Of a stretch of 64,000 nt of DNA, positions 20,337 to 29,972 are shown piece by piece (the first letter of the stretch is position 1; every line of letters begins with the position of its first letter). The notes beneath the pieces are model-generated. The model saw only the letters and a list, made by a program, of their open reading frames with translations. It had not been told where the DNA came from and made no database searches. Position numbers and translations under genes: made by a program. Origin of the DNA: an uncultured Phycisphaerales bacterium (GTDB lineage Bacteria; Planctomycetota; Phycisphaerae; Sedimentisphaerales; Anaerobacaceae); NCBI GenBank assembly GCA_963718665.1, contig OY970359.1, positions 768,001 to 832,000 of the forward strand, read 5' to 3'.

Positions 20337-21671
20337 ATGAGAGAACAGAGAAAAATAAATTTTATTACCCGGCGAGAAACGCTGAAGCTGGGACTTCTCA
20401 GCGCAGCAGGTTTTGCCTTCGCTGAAAGATTCAGCGGATACGCCTTCGGCGAAGATGCAAATTTGCCGCCGGCAACCAGGCGAGCGCCCGCGAAAGCGGT
20501 TATAGAACTTTGGATGTCGGGCGGGCCGTCGCATTTAGACACATTTGACCCCAAACCGCAAGCGGGCAACGATTACTGTGGCCCATTCAAAAACCCGATT
20601 GCGACAAATGTGGAAGGCATACAAATCTGCGAACTGCTGCCACAGCTCGCCAAACAGGCGGACAAATACTCAATCATTCGCAGTATGACCCACGGCAGTA
20701 ACGCCCATGAAACGGCAACATACATAATGAAAACCGGCCGAAAACCCGGCGATAACCTGGTTTTCCCCGGCATGGGGGCGGTTGTCTCATTATTCAAAGG
20801 ATATGACCACGGCTATAAAGGCCTGATTCCGCCGTACATTGTGCTTACCGACACCGAAGGGCGATTCTCCGAAGAAGGTTTCCTCGGCCCACGCTACAAG
20901 CCATTCGCCACGGGAGGCGACCCGAGCCAAAAGCGTTTCGTCGTATCGGGAGTCGTTGCGGAGGGCATTTCAGACCAGAGGCAGAAAAGCAGGCGAGAGC
21001 TGCTTGGCTCACTCGATTCACTCGGTAAAGCAATGCCCGGAAATCCACAATTCGAACAGTTAGACCAATGTGAGGAAAAGGCCTACAACCTGATTCTCGG
21101 TGACAGCGGCAAAGTATTCGATATGTCTAATGAAAAAGACGAGCTTAGGGATAAATACGGCAGGAACAAATTCGGACAATCCTGTCTGATGGCCCGCCGG
21201 CTTGTAGAAATCGGCGTCCCGTACATCACCGTCGACTCCCGCGGTTGGGATACCCATAAGCAGAATTTCGAGACGATGCGCCGCAAACTTCCCGAACTGG
21301 ACAAGGGAATGGCCACCCTGCTGCAGGACCTAAGCGACCGGGGCCTGCTTGACAGCACCATAGTAATATGGATGGGCGAATTCGGACGCACGCCGAAAAT
21401 ACAATGGGAATCACCCTGGAACGGTGGGCGGGGACATTATGGCAACTGCTTCAGCGCGGTTGTCGCGGGAGGCGGATTCAAAGGCGGACGGGTTGTCGGC
21501 GCATCGGACGATAAAGGCGAGGAAGTAGCCCGGCGTCCCGTGCTCGCGGCAGATTTAATCGGCAGTATATATGAACTGCTGGGCATCGACCCGGATGGTC
21601 CGCTTCCGAACCCGAAAGGGTTAGCTCTTCAGGTTATGCCTTCAACCGGCCGGCTAAAGGAAATAATGTAA
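20337..21671 (+). CDS. DUF1501 domain protein with Tat signal
   Basis: 'TRRETLK', 'GGPSHLDTFDPKP', 'WDTH', 'GEFGRTP'. Confidence 0.9.
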   Translation: MREQRKINFITRRETLKLGLLSAAGFAFAERFSGYAFGEDANLPPATRRAPAKAVIELWMSGGPSHLDTFDPKPQAGNDYCGPFKNPIATNVEGIQICELLPQLAKQADKYSIIRSMTHGSNAHETATYIMKTGRKPGDNLVFPGMGAVVSLFKGYDHGYKGLIPPYIVLTDTEGRFSEEGFLGPRYKPFATGGDPSQKRFVVSGVVAEGISDQRQKSRRELLGSLDSLGKAMPGNPQFEQLDQCEEKAYNLILGDSGKVFDMSNEKDELRDKYGRNKFGQSCLMARRLVEIGVPYITVDSRGWDTHKQNFETMRRKLPELDKGMATLLQDLSDRGLLDSTIVIWMGEFGRTPKIQWESPWNGGRGHYGNCFSAVVAGGGFKGGRVVGASDDKGEEVARRPVLAADLIGSIYELLGIDPDGPLPNPKGLALQVMPSTGRLKEIM

Positions 21672-21680
21672 ACGAGCGAG

Positions 21681-24032
21681 ATGATTACTTTATCGAGACG
21701 ATTACTGATTGTGGTTTTGGTCTTATACGCGGCAAATGCGCAGGGCGCCTCAAATGAAAGAGAGCCGCACATCGGGTACCTTTACCCGGCCGGCGGGCAA
21801 CAAGGCTCCGTCATTAAAATTACCGTGGGCGGACAGTTTATTAAAGACATCAACGAAGTATATGTAACCGGCCAGGGGGTGCACGGCTCGGTAATACGCT
21901 ACATTGGCCGGGTAAAACCTTTGAACGGCGACCAGCGCAAGGAACTCCAGAGACAGATTAATGAATTACGAAAAAAACTTCAGGGCCTGGGCAAAAAACC
22001 GATGCCTCCAATCGCACAGGACGCAAATAAACCTGCCGATGCAAATAAGCCCGACGATACAAACACGCCGCCGGTTACGCTGCCGGACCATCCCCTTTTG
22101 CGAAATCTCGAAAAGCTAAGCCCAAAGGGACTTCAAAAGGTTGCGGAAGAATTCCTCAGCAATAAATATCCCGTCAGCATGCAGATTGGTGAAATGGCGA
22201 TTATCGAAATCACCATCGACCCCAACGCCGAACCGGGCGACCGGGAGCTTCGGATTGGAACCAGCGCCGGCCTGACAAACCCATTATGCTTCCAGGTCGG
22301 GCTGCTGCCGGAAACATGCTCGCCGGAACTCAAAGACCCGGGCAAACCCTTTACACCAAAAGTCCGGATTCCCGTCCTGCTCAACGGACAGATTCTTCCC
22401 GGCGAGGCGGACCGTTTTCGCTTCAGCGCAAAAAAAGGACAGAATCTCACGATAGAGGCACAGGCCCGACATCTGATTCCATATCTCGCAGACGCTGTGC
22501 CCGGCTGGTTTCAGGCGATCTTGACTCTGTATGACACCAAAGGCAAAGAGCTGGCCTACGCGGGCAATTACCTTTTTAATCCCGACCCGGTGTTATTTTA
22601 CAGGATTACCAGGGACGGCGACTATGAGATTGAGATTCGCGACTCCATTTACCGTGGGCGGGAGGATTTCGTCTATCGCGTCAGCTTGTCGGAACAACCA
22701 TTCATAACACAAATGTTTCCGCTCGGAGGTCAGACGGGGGTCTTCACGGTCGCTTCAATATCCGGCTGGAATCTCGACACCAACGAAATACCGCTGGATA
22801 CAATGCCCGGCGGCGGTGCAATCCGTCAGGCCCAGTTGCGGCAAAACAACCAGCGAAGTAATAGCGTCCCTTACGCGGTGGATACACTGCCCGAATGTGA
22901 TGAAATCGAAGACAACGGCACAACAGAAGACGCTCAGCACATTATCCTGCCGCAAATAGTTAACGGGCGAATCAGTAAGCCGGGCGATATTGACATATTC
23001 CGGTTCGACGCCAACGCCGGCGACGAGATAGTGGCTGAGGTATATGCTCGCAGGTTGAATTCCCCTCTCGACTCGCTGCTGTGGCTCAGTGACGCCAACG
23101 GGAAGGTGCTGGGATACAACGACGATAACGGGGATAAGAACGTGGGCCTGCTCACGCACAACGCCGATTCGTATTTGCGTCTCCGGCTGCCTGAAACCGG
23201 GGCATACTTTATGCATCTGGCCGACTCGGAGAATCACGGCGGCCCGGATTACGGCTATCGCCTGCGAATCAGCCACCCACAGCCGGATTTTGCCCTGTTA
23301 GCAGCGCCATCAAGTATAAACATCCTGGCCGGCGGCACCGTTCCAGTAACCATTGAAGCATTACGCAAAGACGGCTTTAACGGTGAAATCGAAGTGATGC
23401 TCAAAGACGCGCCGCCCGGCTTCAAACTAAGCGGGGCACGAATCCCAGCGGGATGCGACCGCTTACGCGTTACTCTTACGGCTCCGCAAAAGCCACTGGA
23501 GCAGCCAATTAATCTGCAACTTGAAGGCCGGGCCAAAATCGACGGCCAGGCGGTCAGCAGGCCGGTTACACCAGCGGAGGATATGATGCAGGCGTTTATC
23601 TACCAGCATATGGTTCCATCTCAGGAGCTTATGGTCATGACGGGATATTACAAACGCCGTGCACCGACTTTTGAGCTGGTCGATGATAACAATATTAAAA
23701 TCCCCGCAGGCGGTAAAACCAAAGTGCGGGTCAAAATACCGAGAAGACCAGCGTCCCCCGCACCCACTATCTATCTTGAACTTAGCGAACCGCCCGCAGG
23801 CCTGATACTTGGGGATGTGAACATAATCCCCGGCGAATTAACATTCGCGATTGCTGTGGACAGCAACGCCGCCAAAGTCGGGCTTGTGGATAATCTTATT
23901 GTGGATGTCTCCGCTGACCCGCCAAATAATCCCCAGAACAACCAAAAGAAGATGCCCAAACAGCGGGTTTACCTGGGCGTCCTGCCTGCCATACCGTTTG
24001 AGATTACGCCAAGAGATAACAAAGACAAATGA
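21681..24032 (+). CDS. Secreted PPC-domain protein of DUF1501 clusters
   Basis: 'YLYPAGGQQG', 'DRFRF', 'ARRLNSPLDS', 'YRLRIS' PPC-type repeats. Confidence 0.75.
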   Translation: MITLSRRLLIVVLVLYAANAQGASNEREPHIGYLYPAGGQQGSVIKITVGGQFIKDINEVYVTGQGVHGSVIRYIGRVKPLNGDQRKELQRQINELRKKLQGLGKKPMPPIAQDANKPADANKPDDTNTPPVTLPDHPLLRNLEKLSPKGLQKVAEEFLSNKYPVSMQIGEMAIIEITIDPNAEPGDRELRIGTSAGLTNPLCFQVGLLPETCSPELKDPGKPFTPKVRIPVLLNGQILPGEADRFRFSAKKGQNLTIEAQARHLIPYLADAVPGWFQAILTLYDTKGKELAYAGNYLFNPDPVLFYRITRDGDYEIEIRDSIYRGREDFVYRVSLSEQPFITQMFPLGGQTGVFTVASISGWNLDTNEIPLDTMPGGGAIRQAQLRQNNQRSNSVPYAVDTLPECDEIEDNGTTEDAQHIILPQIVNGRISKPGDIDIFRFDANAGDEIVAEVYARRLNSPLDSLLWLSDANGKVLGYNDDNGDKNVGLLTHNADSYLRLRLPETGAYFMHLADSENHGGPDYGYRLRISHPQPDFALLAAPSSINILAGGTVPVTIEALRKDGFNGEIEVMLKDAPPGFKLSGARIPAGCDRLRVTLTAPQKPLEQPINLQLEGRAKIDGQAVSRPVTPAEDMMQAFIYQHMVPSQELMVMTGYYKRRAPTFELVDDNNIKIPAGGKTKVRVKIPRRPASPAPTIYLELSEPPAGLILGDVNIIPGELTFAIAVDSNAAKVGLVDNLIVDVSADPPNNPQNNQKKMPKQRVYLGVLPAIPFEITPRDNKDK

Positions 24033-24154
24033 TTAAACTCGTGGATACCCCACAATTGCGAAACCAAGTTGGAATCCAGATAAGGCAACAGGCGTTAAAA
24101 GAGCTTACGCATACGAAAATGGCTGCAAAAACACAACAGCTTTATGATGACTTG

Positions 24155-24328
24155 TTAAACCCCAAATATCCTAACGACAATCAAAACCACAAGCATGCCG
24201 ACGACTAACAAGCTGGCCCTAAGTACTCTTGCCTGTTTGGTTTTGGGCTCGATTAACTGCCAGAAAAAAGCCGCTACAACCGCCACAAGGCAGATTCGCA
24301 GAACAAAAATTATAACGCTCCAGACCAT
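24155..24328 (-). CDS. Small two-TM membrane protein
   Basis: MVWSVIIFVLR...; two hydrophobic stretches. Confidence 0.5.
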   Translation of the reverse strand: MVWSVIIFVLRICLVAVVAAFFWQLIEPKTKQARVLRASLLVVGMLVVLIVVRIFGV

Positions 24329-24598
24329 ATTCAAATTATATACCATTTTATCATTTTTAGTCAAGCAAAAATTGCCCATTTTAACATCATTCTAACCCAA
24401 TAGCTTCCTACCCAATTTCCCAGTATCAAAAAACGGTTTGCTGGCCAGCCAACAGGGCAATTCGGTACTCGATGCAGACAAAAGCTGAACTCTCCCTATT
24501 GGCCGGTTTCAGTAAATATTAAAGCCCAAAAGAAGTATGAGCCGAAAAGAACACAGGATGTTTCACAACATAACTGGTTTAAATTTAAGGAGATACAG

Positions 24599-24835
24599 AT
24601 GCAGTTCTTCACAGAAATCAAGAAATGGCTGGCGGAGATTACTGAAATAGCGCTGCTGTTGATTGCCCTCGGTGTCGCGGTTGAGATTCTGTTTGGTAAC
24701 ACTGTGCCGTTCTTCGGCCAGGTGATTACCAATATAACGGGAATCCTGAAGGTCCTTGGCGAAAACGGGCTGGTGGGTCTGGTCGCTCTTGGGATTATTC
24801 TGTACCTGTTCAATAAGAGGAAAGCTACCAACTAA
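24599..24835 (+). CDS. Small membrane protein
   Basis: AAGGAG RBS; 'LGENGLVGLVALGII'. Confidence 0.7.
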   Translation: MQFFTEIKKWLAEITEIALLLIALGVAVEILFGNTVPFFGQVITNITGILKVLGENGLVGLVALGIILYLFNKRKATN

Positions 24836-24872
24836 GCCGGCCTGCTTGAACACCCGAACAAAAGTAACTTAT

Positions 24873-24922
24873 GCCGCGCGGCCTGACAGTAAACAAGTCC
24901 GGCTGCGCGGCCTTTTTATTTT
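24873..24922 (+). terminator. Intrinsic terminator
   Basis: GCCGCGCGGCC...GGCTGCGCGGC stem followed by a T-rich tract. Confidence 0.7.
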
Positions 24923-25046
24923 GTCCCAATAATTATCTGCGGAAAATATCCTGTGTTATCTCCGCTCATTATCGTTTCACATAAGAGAGGCCTTCCGGTA
25001 GAAATGGTGCACGGCGGCTTAAGCGGCCTCGGAAAACTACGTTACC

Positions 25047-25118
25047 CAGCAAAATACGTTGCTTTAAGGTCAGCTTTCCCAAAAACTTAGCATCGGATGA
25101 GTTTTTTTATGGTACGGG
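25047..25118 (+). repeat. Array repeat copy 1 (right half)
   Basis: ..AAGGTCAGCTTTCCCAAAAACTTAGCATCGGATGAGTTTTTTTATGGTACGGG. Confidence 0.85.
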
Positions 25119-25330
25119 ATATGCGAGTCAAATTGCGAGGCGATGACAGACTGATTGGTGTGCCCGTCAAAACGGGTAAGCGTTTATTCTTCTGTCGCCG
25201 AACATTGAAAGCGTTTTGATGATATAATAGTGTGAAGTGGCTGTTTGCAATAAAAGGCCAGATGAGAACGTCTGAAAGAAATAGCGGGATAGGGTATTAA
25301 ATAATGGGGCTGAAGATAAGTTAAGGAATA

Positions 25331-26035
25331 ATGAAAATGAAAACGACAAGATTTACGTTAATTTCAATCGTGGTATTGGGCATTTTGATTGGGCAGTCAA
25401 ACTCGGCTTTGGCACGCACCAATGTATCTATGGGTGTTGGCGTTGGCTTTCCGGGTTTTTATGGTGGTTACCGCGCCGGTCCATACGGGTATCCGCATAA
25501 TTACCATTATTGGGGACCGGGCTGGGGTGGGCGGTACAATTATCCGTACGGCAGGACCATTATTGTCTCCGGTGGATATTGGTATGACTGGGGGCCGGAC
25601 TATTATGTTGTCGACCAGCCGATAATCGAAAGCGCCCCGGTGGTTGTTGAAAACCAAACAGTGGTGGGTTCGACAAACTCACCACAGGTTGTACAGCCAA
25701 AGCGAATCGATAAGGAGACACAGGCACTACTTAAAACCCTGCGATACAAGAGAGGCGTGCTTCTCAAGCAGCTTAAGACAGGTGACAAAGAGCAGCGAAT
25801 GCAAGCGATAAAAGAATTGGCGGCATTCTCTTTTGATGATAACGTTAGACAATCCCTTGAGAAAGTTCTGCTCTCGGACCCTGACCCCGAATTGCGAACA
25901 GAAGTTGCGAATGCATTCGGCGAAGTGAAGAACGTCAAAGCCATGGCTGCCCTCGAAAAAGCGAGGGTAGAAGATGCGGATGAGAATGTTCGCAAAGCAG
26001 CCGACCAGGCAATCAAAAACCTGGGGAGCAACTAA
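25331..26035 (+). CDS. Exported protein, Gly/Tyr-rich N-terminus plus HEAT repeats
   Basis: Signal peptide; 'DPDPELRTEVANAFG', 'DENVRKAA'. Confidence 0.75.
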   Translation: MKMKTTRFTLISIVVLGILIGQSNSALARTNVSMGVGVGFPGFYGGYRAGPYGYPHNYHYWGPGWGGRYNYPYGRTIIVSGGYWYDWGPDYYVVDQPIIESAPVVVENQTVVGSTNSPQVVQPKRIDKETQALLKTLRYKRGVLLKQLKTGDKEQRMQAIKELAAFSFDDNVRQSLEKVLLSDPDPELRTEVANAFGEVKNVKAMAALEKARVEDADENVRKAADQAIKNLGSN

Positions 26036-26103
26036 GTTCAACTTCTGTTTACAGATTGAATTCTGTAATAATAGGTGTATGGTCGCTGGGGCAAGGTAAC
26101 AAG

Positions 26104-26285
26104 CCCGTACTGCCCAACCATCAGGCCGTCCTCCTGTATGACTTCAAAAGCCCACAAGACGCTCCAGACGTAGGAATTATGCTGCATAACTGCTAAAAAG
26201 TCGACCAATTTCAACAAAGTATGCTGATTACTAAGATTAGCTTTCCTAAATATTTAACGTCGGATGAGTTTTTTTATAGTACGGG
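26104..26285 (+). mobile_element. Array repeat copy 2 (near-complete MITE-like element)
   Basis: CCCGTACT...AGTACGGG ends; internal CATCAGGCC..CTCCTGTATGACTTCAAAAGCC and GTCGACCAATTTCA blocks. Confidence 0.88.
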
Positions 26286-26287
26286 AT

Positions 26288-28669
26288 TCACACATGTTTG
26301 CCCGCCTTGCCCAGACCCCATTTCCAGTTGCGGATTTCCGGCATATCTTCGCCGTGCTTGTCGATGTACTGTTTGTGCTCGATGAGCTTGTCCTTGAGCT
26401 GCTGCTTAAGGTAAACGCCCTTGTCGCCGGTCTGCGGCAGTCGGTCGATGGTATCCATCACGAGATGGAAGCGGTCCAGTTCGTTCAGCACCGTCATGTC
26501 AAAGGGCGTGGTGATGGTGCCCTCTTCCTTGTAGCCGCGGACGTGGAAGTTGTCGTGGTTGGTGCGGCGGTAGGTCAGCCGGTGGATCAACCACGGATAA
26601 GCATGGAAGGCGAAGATGACCGGCTTGTCCTTGGTGAAGAGCTCGTCGAAATCTATGTCGCTCAACCCGTGCGGGTGCTCCGTGCTGGGCTCCAGCTTCA
26701 TGAGGTCGACGACGTTGACCACCCGGATTTTCAGGTCGGGCAGATGCTCTCGTATAATTGAGACGGCGGCGAGCGTCTCCAGTGTAGGCACGTCGCCACA
26801 GCAGGCCATGACCACGTCGGGCGCAACGCCCTGGTCGTTGCTGGCCCACGGCCAGATGCCGATGCCCTCGGTGCAGTGCTTGACGGCGGCGTCCATCGTC
26901 AGCCACTGCGGCGCCGGGTGTTTGCCCGCGATCACGACATTAACGTAATGGCGGCTGCGCAGGCAGTGGTCCATCACCGACAGCAGACAGTTTGCATCCG
27001 GCGGAAGGTAAACACGCACGACTTCGGCCTTCTTGTTCACGACGTGGTCGATGAAACCGGGATCCTGGTGAGTGAAGCCGTTGTGATCCTGGCGCCAGAC
27101 ATGCGAGGCCAACAGATAGTTTAAGGAGGCGATCTTCCGCCGCCACGGCAGGTGCGATGTGACCTTCAGCCACTTGGCGTGCTGGTTGAACATCGAATCG
27201 ACGATATGGATGAACGCCTCGTAGCAGTTGAAGAGTCCATGCCGCCCGGTGAGCAGGTAGCCCTCGAGCCAGCCCTCGCATTGGTGTTCGCTGAGCATTT
27301 CCATCACGCGCCCAGTGGGCGCGAGAAATTCGTCGTTCGGAACGGTCGCGGCGTCCCATTGGCGTTTGGTAACTTCAAAGAGGGCCTCCAAGCCGTTGGA
27401 GAGCGTCTCGTCAGGGCCAAAGACCCGGAAATTCCGCTGGTCACTGTTCAGCTTTGCAACATCGCGCAGGAAACGCCCGAGCACATGCGTATCGCCGATG
27501 CCAGCCGTCCCCGGCGAGGGCACGTCCTCCGCGTAGTCGCGGAAATCCGGCATCCGCAGGTCGCGGAGCAGAATGCCGCCGTTGGCGTGGGGATTTGCGC
27601 CCATGCGTCGTTCGCCCTTCGGCGCAAGTTCGGCCAGTTCCGGTTTCAGACGGCCCTGCTTATCGAAGAGTTCCTCCGGCCGGTAGCTCCTCAGCCATTC
27701 TTCCAACAGCTTGAGGTGTTCGGGATGGGTGGCCGGATCGGAGAGCGGCACCTGGTGCGAACGGAAAGTGCCTTCAACCTGCAGGCCATCGACCATCTTA
27801 GGCCCCGTCCAGCCCTTGGGTGAATTGAGGACGATCATCGGCCAGCGAGGACGCACGCAGTTGCCGCGAACGCGGGCATCCTGCTGGATTCTTTTTATCT
27901 CCTCGACCGCCATGTCAAGCGCCGTAGCCATGGCCTCATGCATCAGCTCTGGCTCGTGACCCTCGACGAAGTATGGCGTCCACCCGTAGCCGCGGAGTAA
28001 CTGTTCCAATTCCTCGCGGGTGATGCGGGCGAGGAGAGTCGGGTTGGAAATCTTATAGCCGTTGAGATGCAGGATAGGCAGCACCGCGCCATCGGTGGCC
28101 GGATTGAGAAACTTGTTGGAATGCCACGCTGTGGCCAGCGGTCCCGTTTCCGCCTCGCCATCGCCGACAACGCAGGCAACGACGAGATTGGGATTGTCGA
28201 ACACCGCCCCGAACGAATGGCTGAGCGAATAGCCCAGCTCGCCGCCCTCGTGGATCGAGCCCGGGCACTCCGGTGATGCGTGACTTGGAATTCCTCCGGG
28301 AAACGAAAACTGAATAAAGAGCTTCCGAAGTCCGGCCTCATCCTGGCTGATATTGGGATAGATCTCGCTGTAAGTGCCCTCGAGATAAGTGTTGCCCACG
28401 ACTGCCGGGCCGCCGTGACCGGGGCCGGAGACGTAAATCATGTCGAGGTCGTATTTTTTGATGACCCGGTTCAAGTGCACATAAATGAAGTTCTGCCCGG
28501 GTGTCGTGCCCCAGTGTCCCAGCAGCATGTGTTTCACATCCGCGAGCGTCAGCGGCCGCTTCAGCAGCGGATTGTCGTAGAGATAAATCTGGCCAACCGA
28601 CAGATAGTTGGCGGCACGCCAGTAGGCATCCATCTTGTGGAGCAGTTCCGGGGAAAGAGTTTTTGTCGT
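26288..28669 (-). CDS. xfp: Phosphoketolase (XFP family)
   Basis: 'LLGHWGT', 'GPGHG', 'HEGGELGY', 'GDGEAETGP', 'LSEH'; first in-frame ATG is 28633, while the codon positioned after the RBS (28669) is ACG. Confidence 0.95.
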   Translation of the reverse strand, partial: TTKTLSPELLHKMDAYWRAANYLSVGQIYLYDNPLLKRPLTLADVKHMLLGHWGTTPGQNFIYVHLNRVIKKYDLDMIYVSGPGHGGPAVVGNTYLEGTYSEIYPNISQDEAGLRKLFIQFSFPGGIPSHASPECPGSIHEGGELGYSLSHSFGAVFDNPNLVVACVVGDGEAETGPLATAWHSNKFLNPATDGAVLPILHLNGYKISNPTLLARITREELEQLLRGYGWTPYFVEGHEPELMHEAMATALDMAVEEIKRIQQDARVRGNCVRPRWPMIVLNSPKGWTGPKMVDGLQVEGTFRSHQVPLSDPATHPEHLKLLEEWLRSYRPEELFDKQGRLKPELAELAPKGERRMGANPHANGGILLRDLRMPDFRDYAEDVPSPGTAGIGDTHVLGRFLRDVAKLNSDQRNFRVFGPDETLSNGLEALFEVTKRQWDAATVPNDEFLAPTGRVMEMLSEHQCEGWLEGYLLTGRHGLFNCYEAFIHIVDSMFNQHAKWLKVTSHLPWRRKIASLNYLLASHVWRQDHNGFTHQDPGFIDHVVNKKAEVVRVYLPPDANCLLSVMDHCLRSRHYVNVVIAGKHPAPQWLTMDAAVKHCTEGIGIWPWASNDQGVAPDVVMACCGDVPTLETLAAVSIIREHLPDLKIRVVNVVDLMKLEPSTEHPHGLSDIDFDELFTKDKPVIFAFHAYPWLIHRLTYRRTNHDNFHVRGYKEEGTITTPFDMTVLNELDRFHLVMDTIDRLPQTGDKGVYLKQQLKDKLIEHKQYIDKHGEDMPEIRNWKWGLGKAGKHV

Positions 28670-28687
28670 GATTCAATTCTCCTTTTT

Positions 28688-29899
28688 TCAGCCAAGGCCG
28701 AGAACACGGCAAACCGTCTTGGCTATCATGCATTCTTCGTCCGTGCGGATGACGCGAATAGCGACTCGGCTGGTCTGTGCAGAAATCACGCCCTCATTCG
28801 CCGCGTTTCGCTTTTCTTCGAGTTCGATTCCAAGAAATCCCAGCCCATCACAAATCCGGGCGCGGACCGTGGACGCATTCTCTCCGATACCGCCGGCGAA
28901 TACCAGTGTATCCAGTCCGCCCAACGCCGCCGCAAATGCGCCGATCCATTTCTTGACCTGATAGCAAAACATCGCGACCGCTTCAGCCGCCCGCACATCC
29001 TGCGTTTCACGGTCGAGCAAGTCACGCATGTCTGAACTGGTTTCAGAAATTCCGAGCAGACCGGACTGGAAATTGACCATCTCGTTGAATTGCTTATCGC
29101 TCATTTTTTCAGTGCGCGCCAGATACCAAACCAGTCCGGGATCGATATCGCCTGAGCGGGTGCTCATCGGCACCCCGGCTGTCGGGGTGAAACTCATGCT
29201 TGTGTCCACGGGTCTGCCGTCACGCACCGCCGCCAAACTTGCCCCATTGCCGAGGTGGGCGAGGATGACCCGGCCTTGTGCCGCTTCCGACCCGGCTAAG
29301 CGGGCCAGTTCTCCCATTAGAAACGCATACGACAACCCGTGAAATCCGTACCGCCGCACCCCTTGCGATTCGTAGCGTCGCGGGATAGGCAACAACCGGG
29401 CCACGCGCGGCAGGTCATGGTGAAAAGCCGTGTCGAAACACGCCACCTGGGGCAGGTCAGGAAATCGGTGATGAAACGCCTCGGTCAACAGTATCTCCTC
29501 CGGCAAATGCTCCGGATCGAATGGACTAAGCCAGCGCAGCTCCTCAACCATTTCCGCAGTGATTCGCTGCGGCTTGCTATACTTCGGCCCGCCATGCACC
29601 ACGCGATGCCCCACCGCGGTCAATGCATCGCGCCCGCCGCGTTCCTCGATCCAATCCATCAGAGCGCCTACCGCCACTGTGTGATCCGGCGCCTTAACCA
29701 ACCGCGAAAAGTTGTCCGCCCGGCTCAATCCTTTCACCCGCAAGGTGGCCTCCGGCAGTCCAATCCGCTCAATCTCGCCCCCCAGAATCCGTCGGGGCGA
29801 GTCACCGGCCTCGAACAATGCGAACTTGATGCTCGATGAGCCACCATTGATTGTCAGCACGGTAGCGTGAGTCGGTTTTGTGGTTGACCGGTTTGTCAT
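28688..29899 (-). CDS. ackA: Acetate/propionate kinase
   Basis: 'TINGGSSSIKF', 'GHRVVHGG', 'FDTAFH', 'RRYGFHGLSY', 'HLGNGAS'; GGAGG RBS before ATG 29899. Confidence 0.95.
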   Translation of the reverse strand: MTNRSTTKPTHATVLTINGGSSSIKFALFEAGDSPRRILGGEIERIGLPEATLRVKGLSRADNFSRLVKAPDHTVAVGALMDWIEERGGRDALTAVGHRVVHGGPKYSKPQRITAEMVEELRWLSPFDPEHLPEEILLTEAFHHRFPDLPQVACFDTAFHHDLPRVARLLPIPRRYESQGVRRYGFHGLSYAFLMGELARLAGSEAAQGRVILAHLGNGASLAAVRDGRPVDTSMSFTPTAGVPMSTRSGDIDPGLVWYLARTEKMSDKQFNEMVNFQSGLLGISETSSDMRDLLDRETQDVRAAEAVAMFCYQVKKWIGAFAAALGGLDTLVFAGGIGENASTVRARICDGLGFLGIELEEKRNAANEGVISAQTSRVAIRVIRTDEECMIAKTVCRVLGLG

Positions 29900-29972
29900 T
29901 CTGCAACCTCCAATCCAAAAGAAGCCAGTTTCGCACACGTGGACTTGTAATCCGTGTGACAAATACCTCGAA

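Noticed and set aside
18745..24032. DUF1553-DUF1501-PPC cluster as a novel system
   Set aside because: Functionally uncharacterised but a well-known, multi-copy planctomycete cluster.
24452..24500. GGGCAA...GACAAAAGC as a c-di-GMP-I riboswitch
   Set aside because: I could not build the P1/P2 stems or the GNRA tetraloop.
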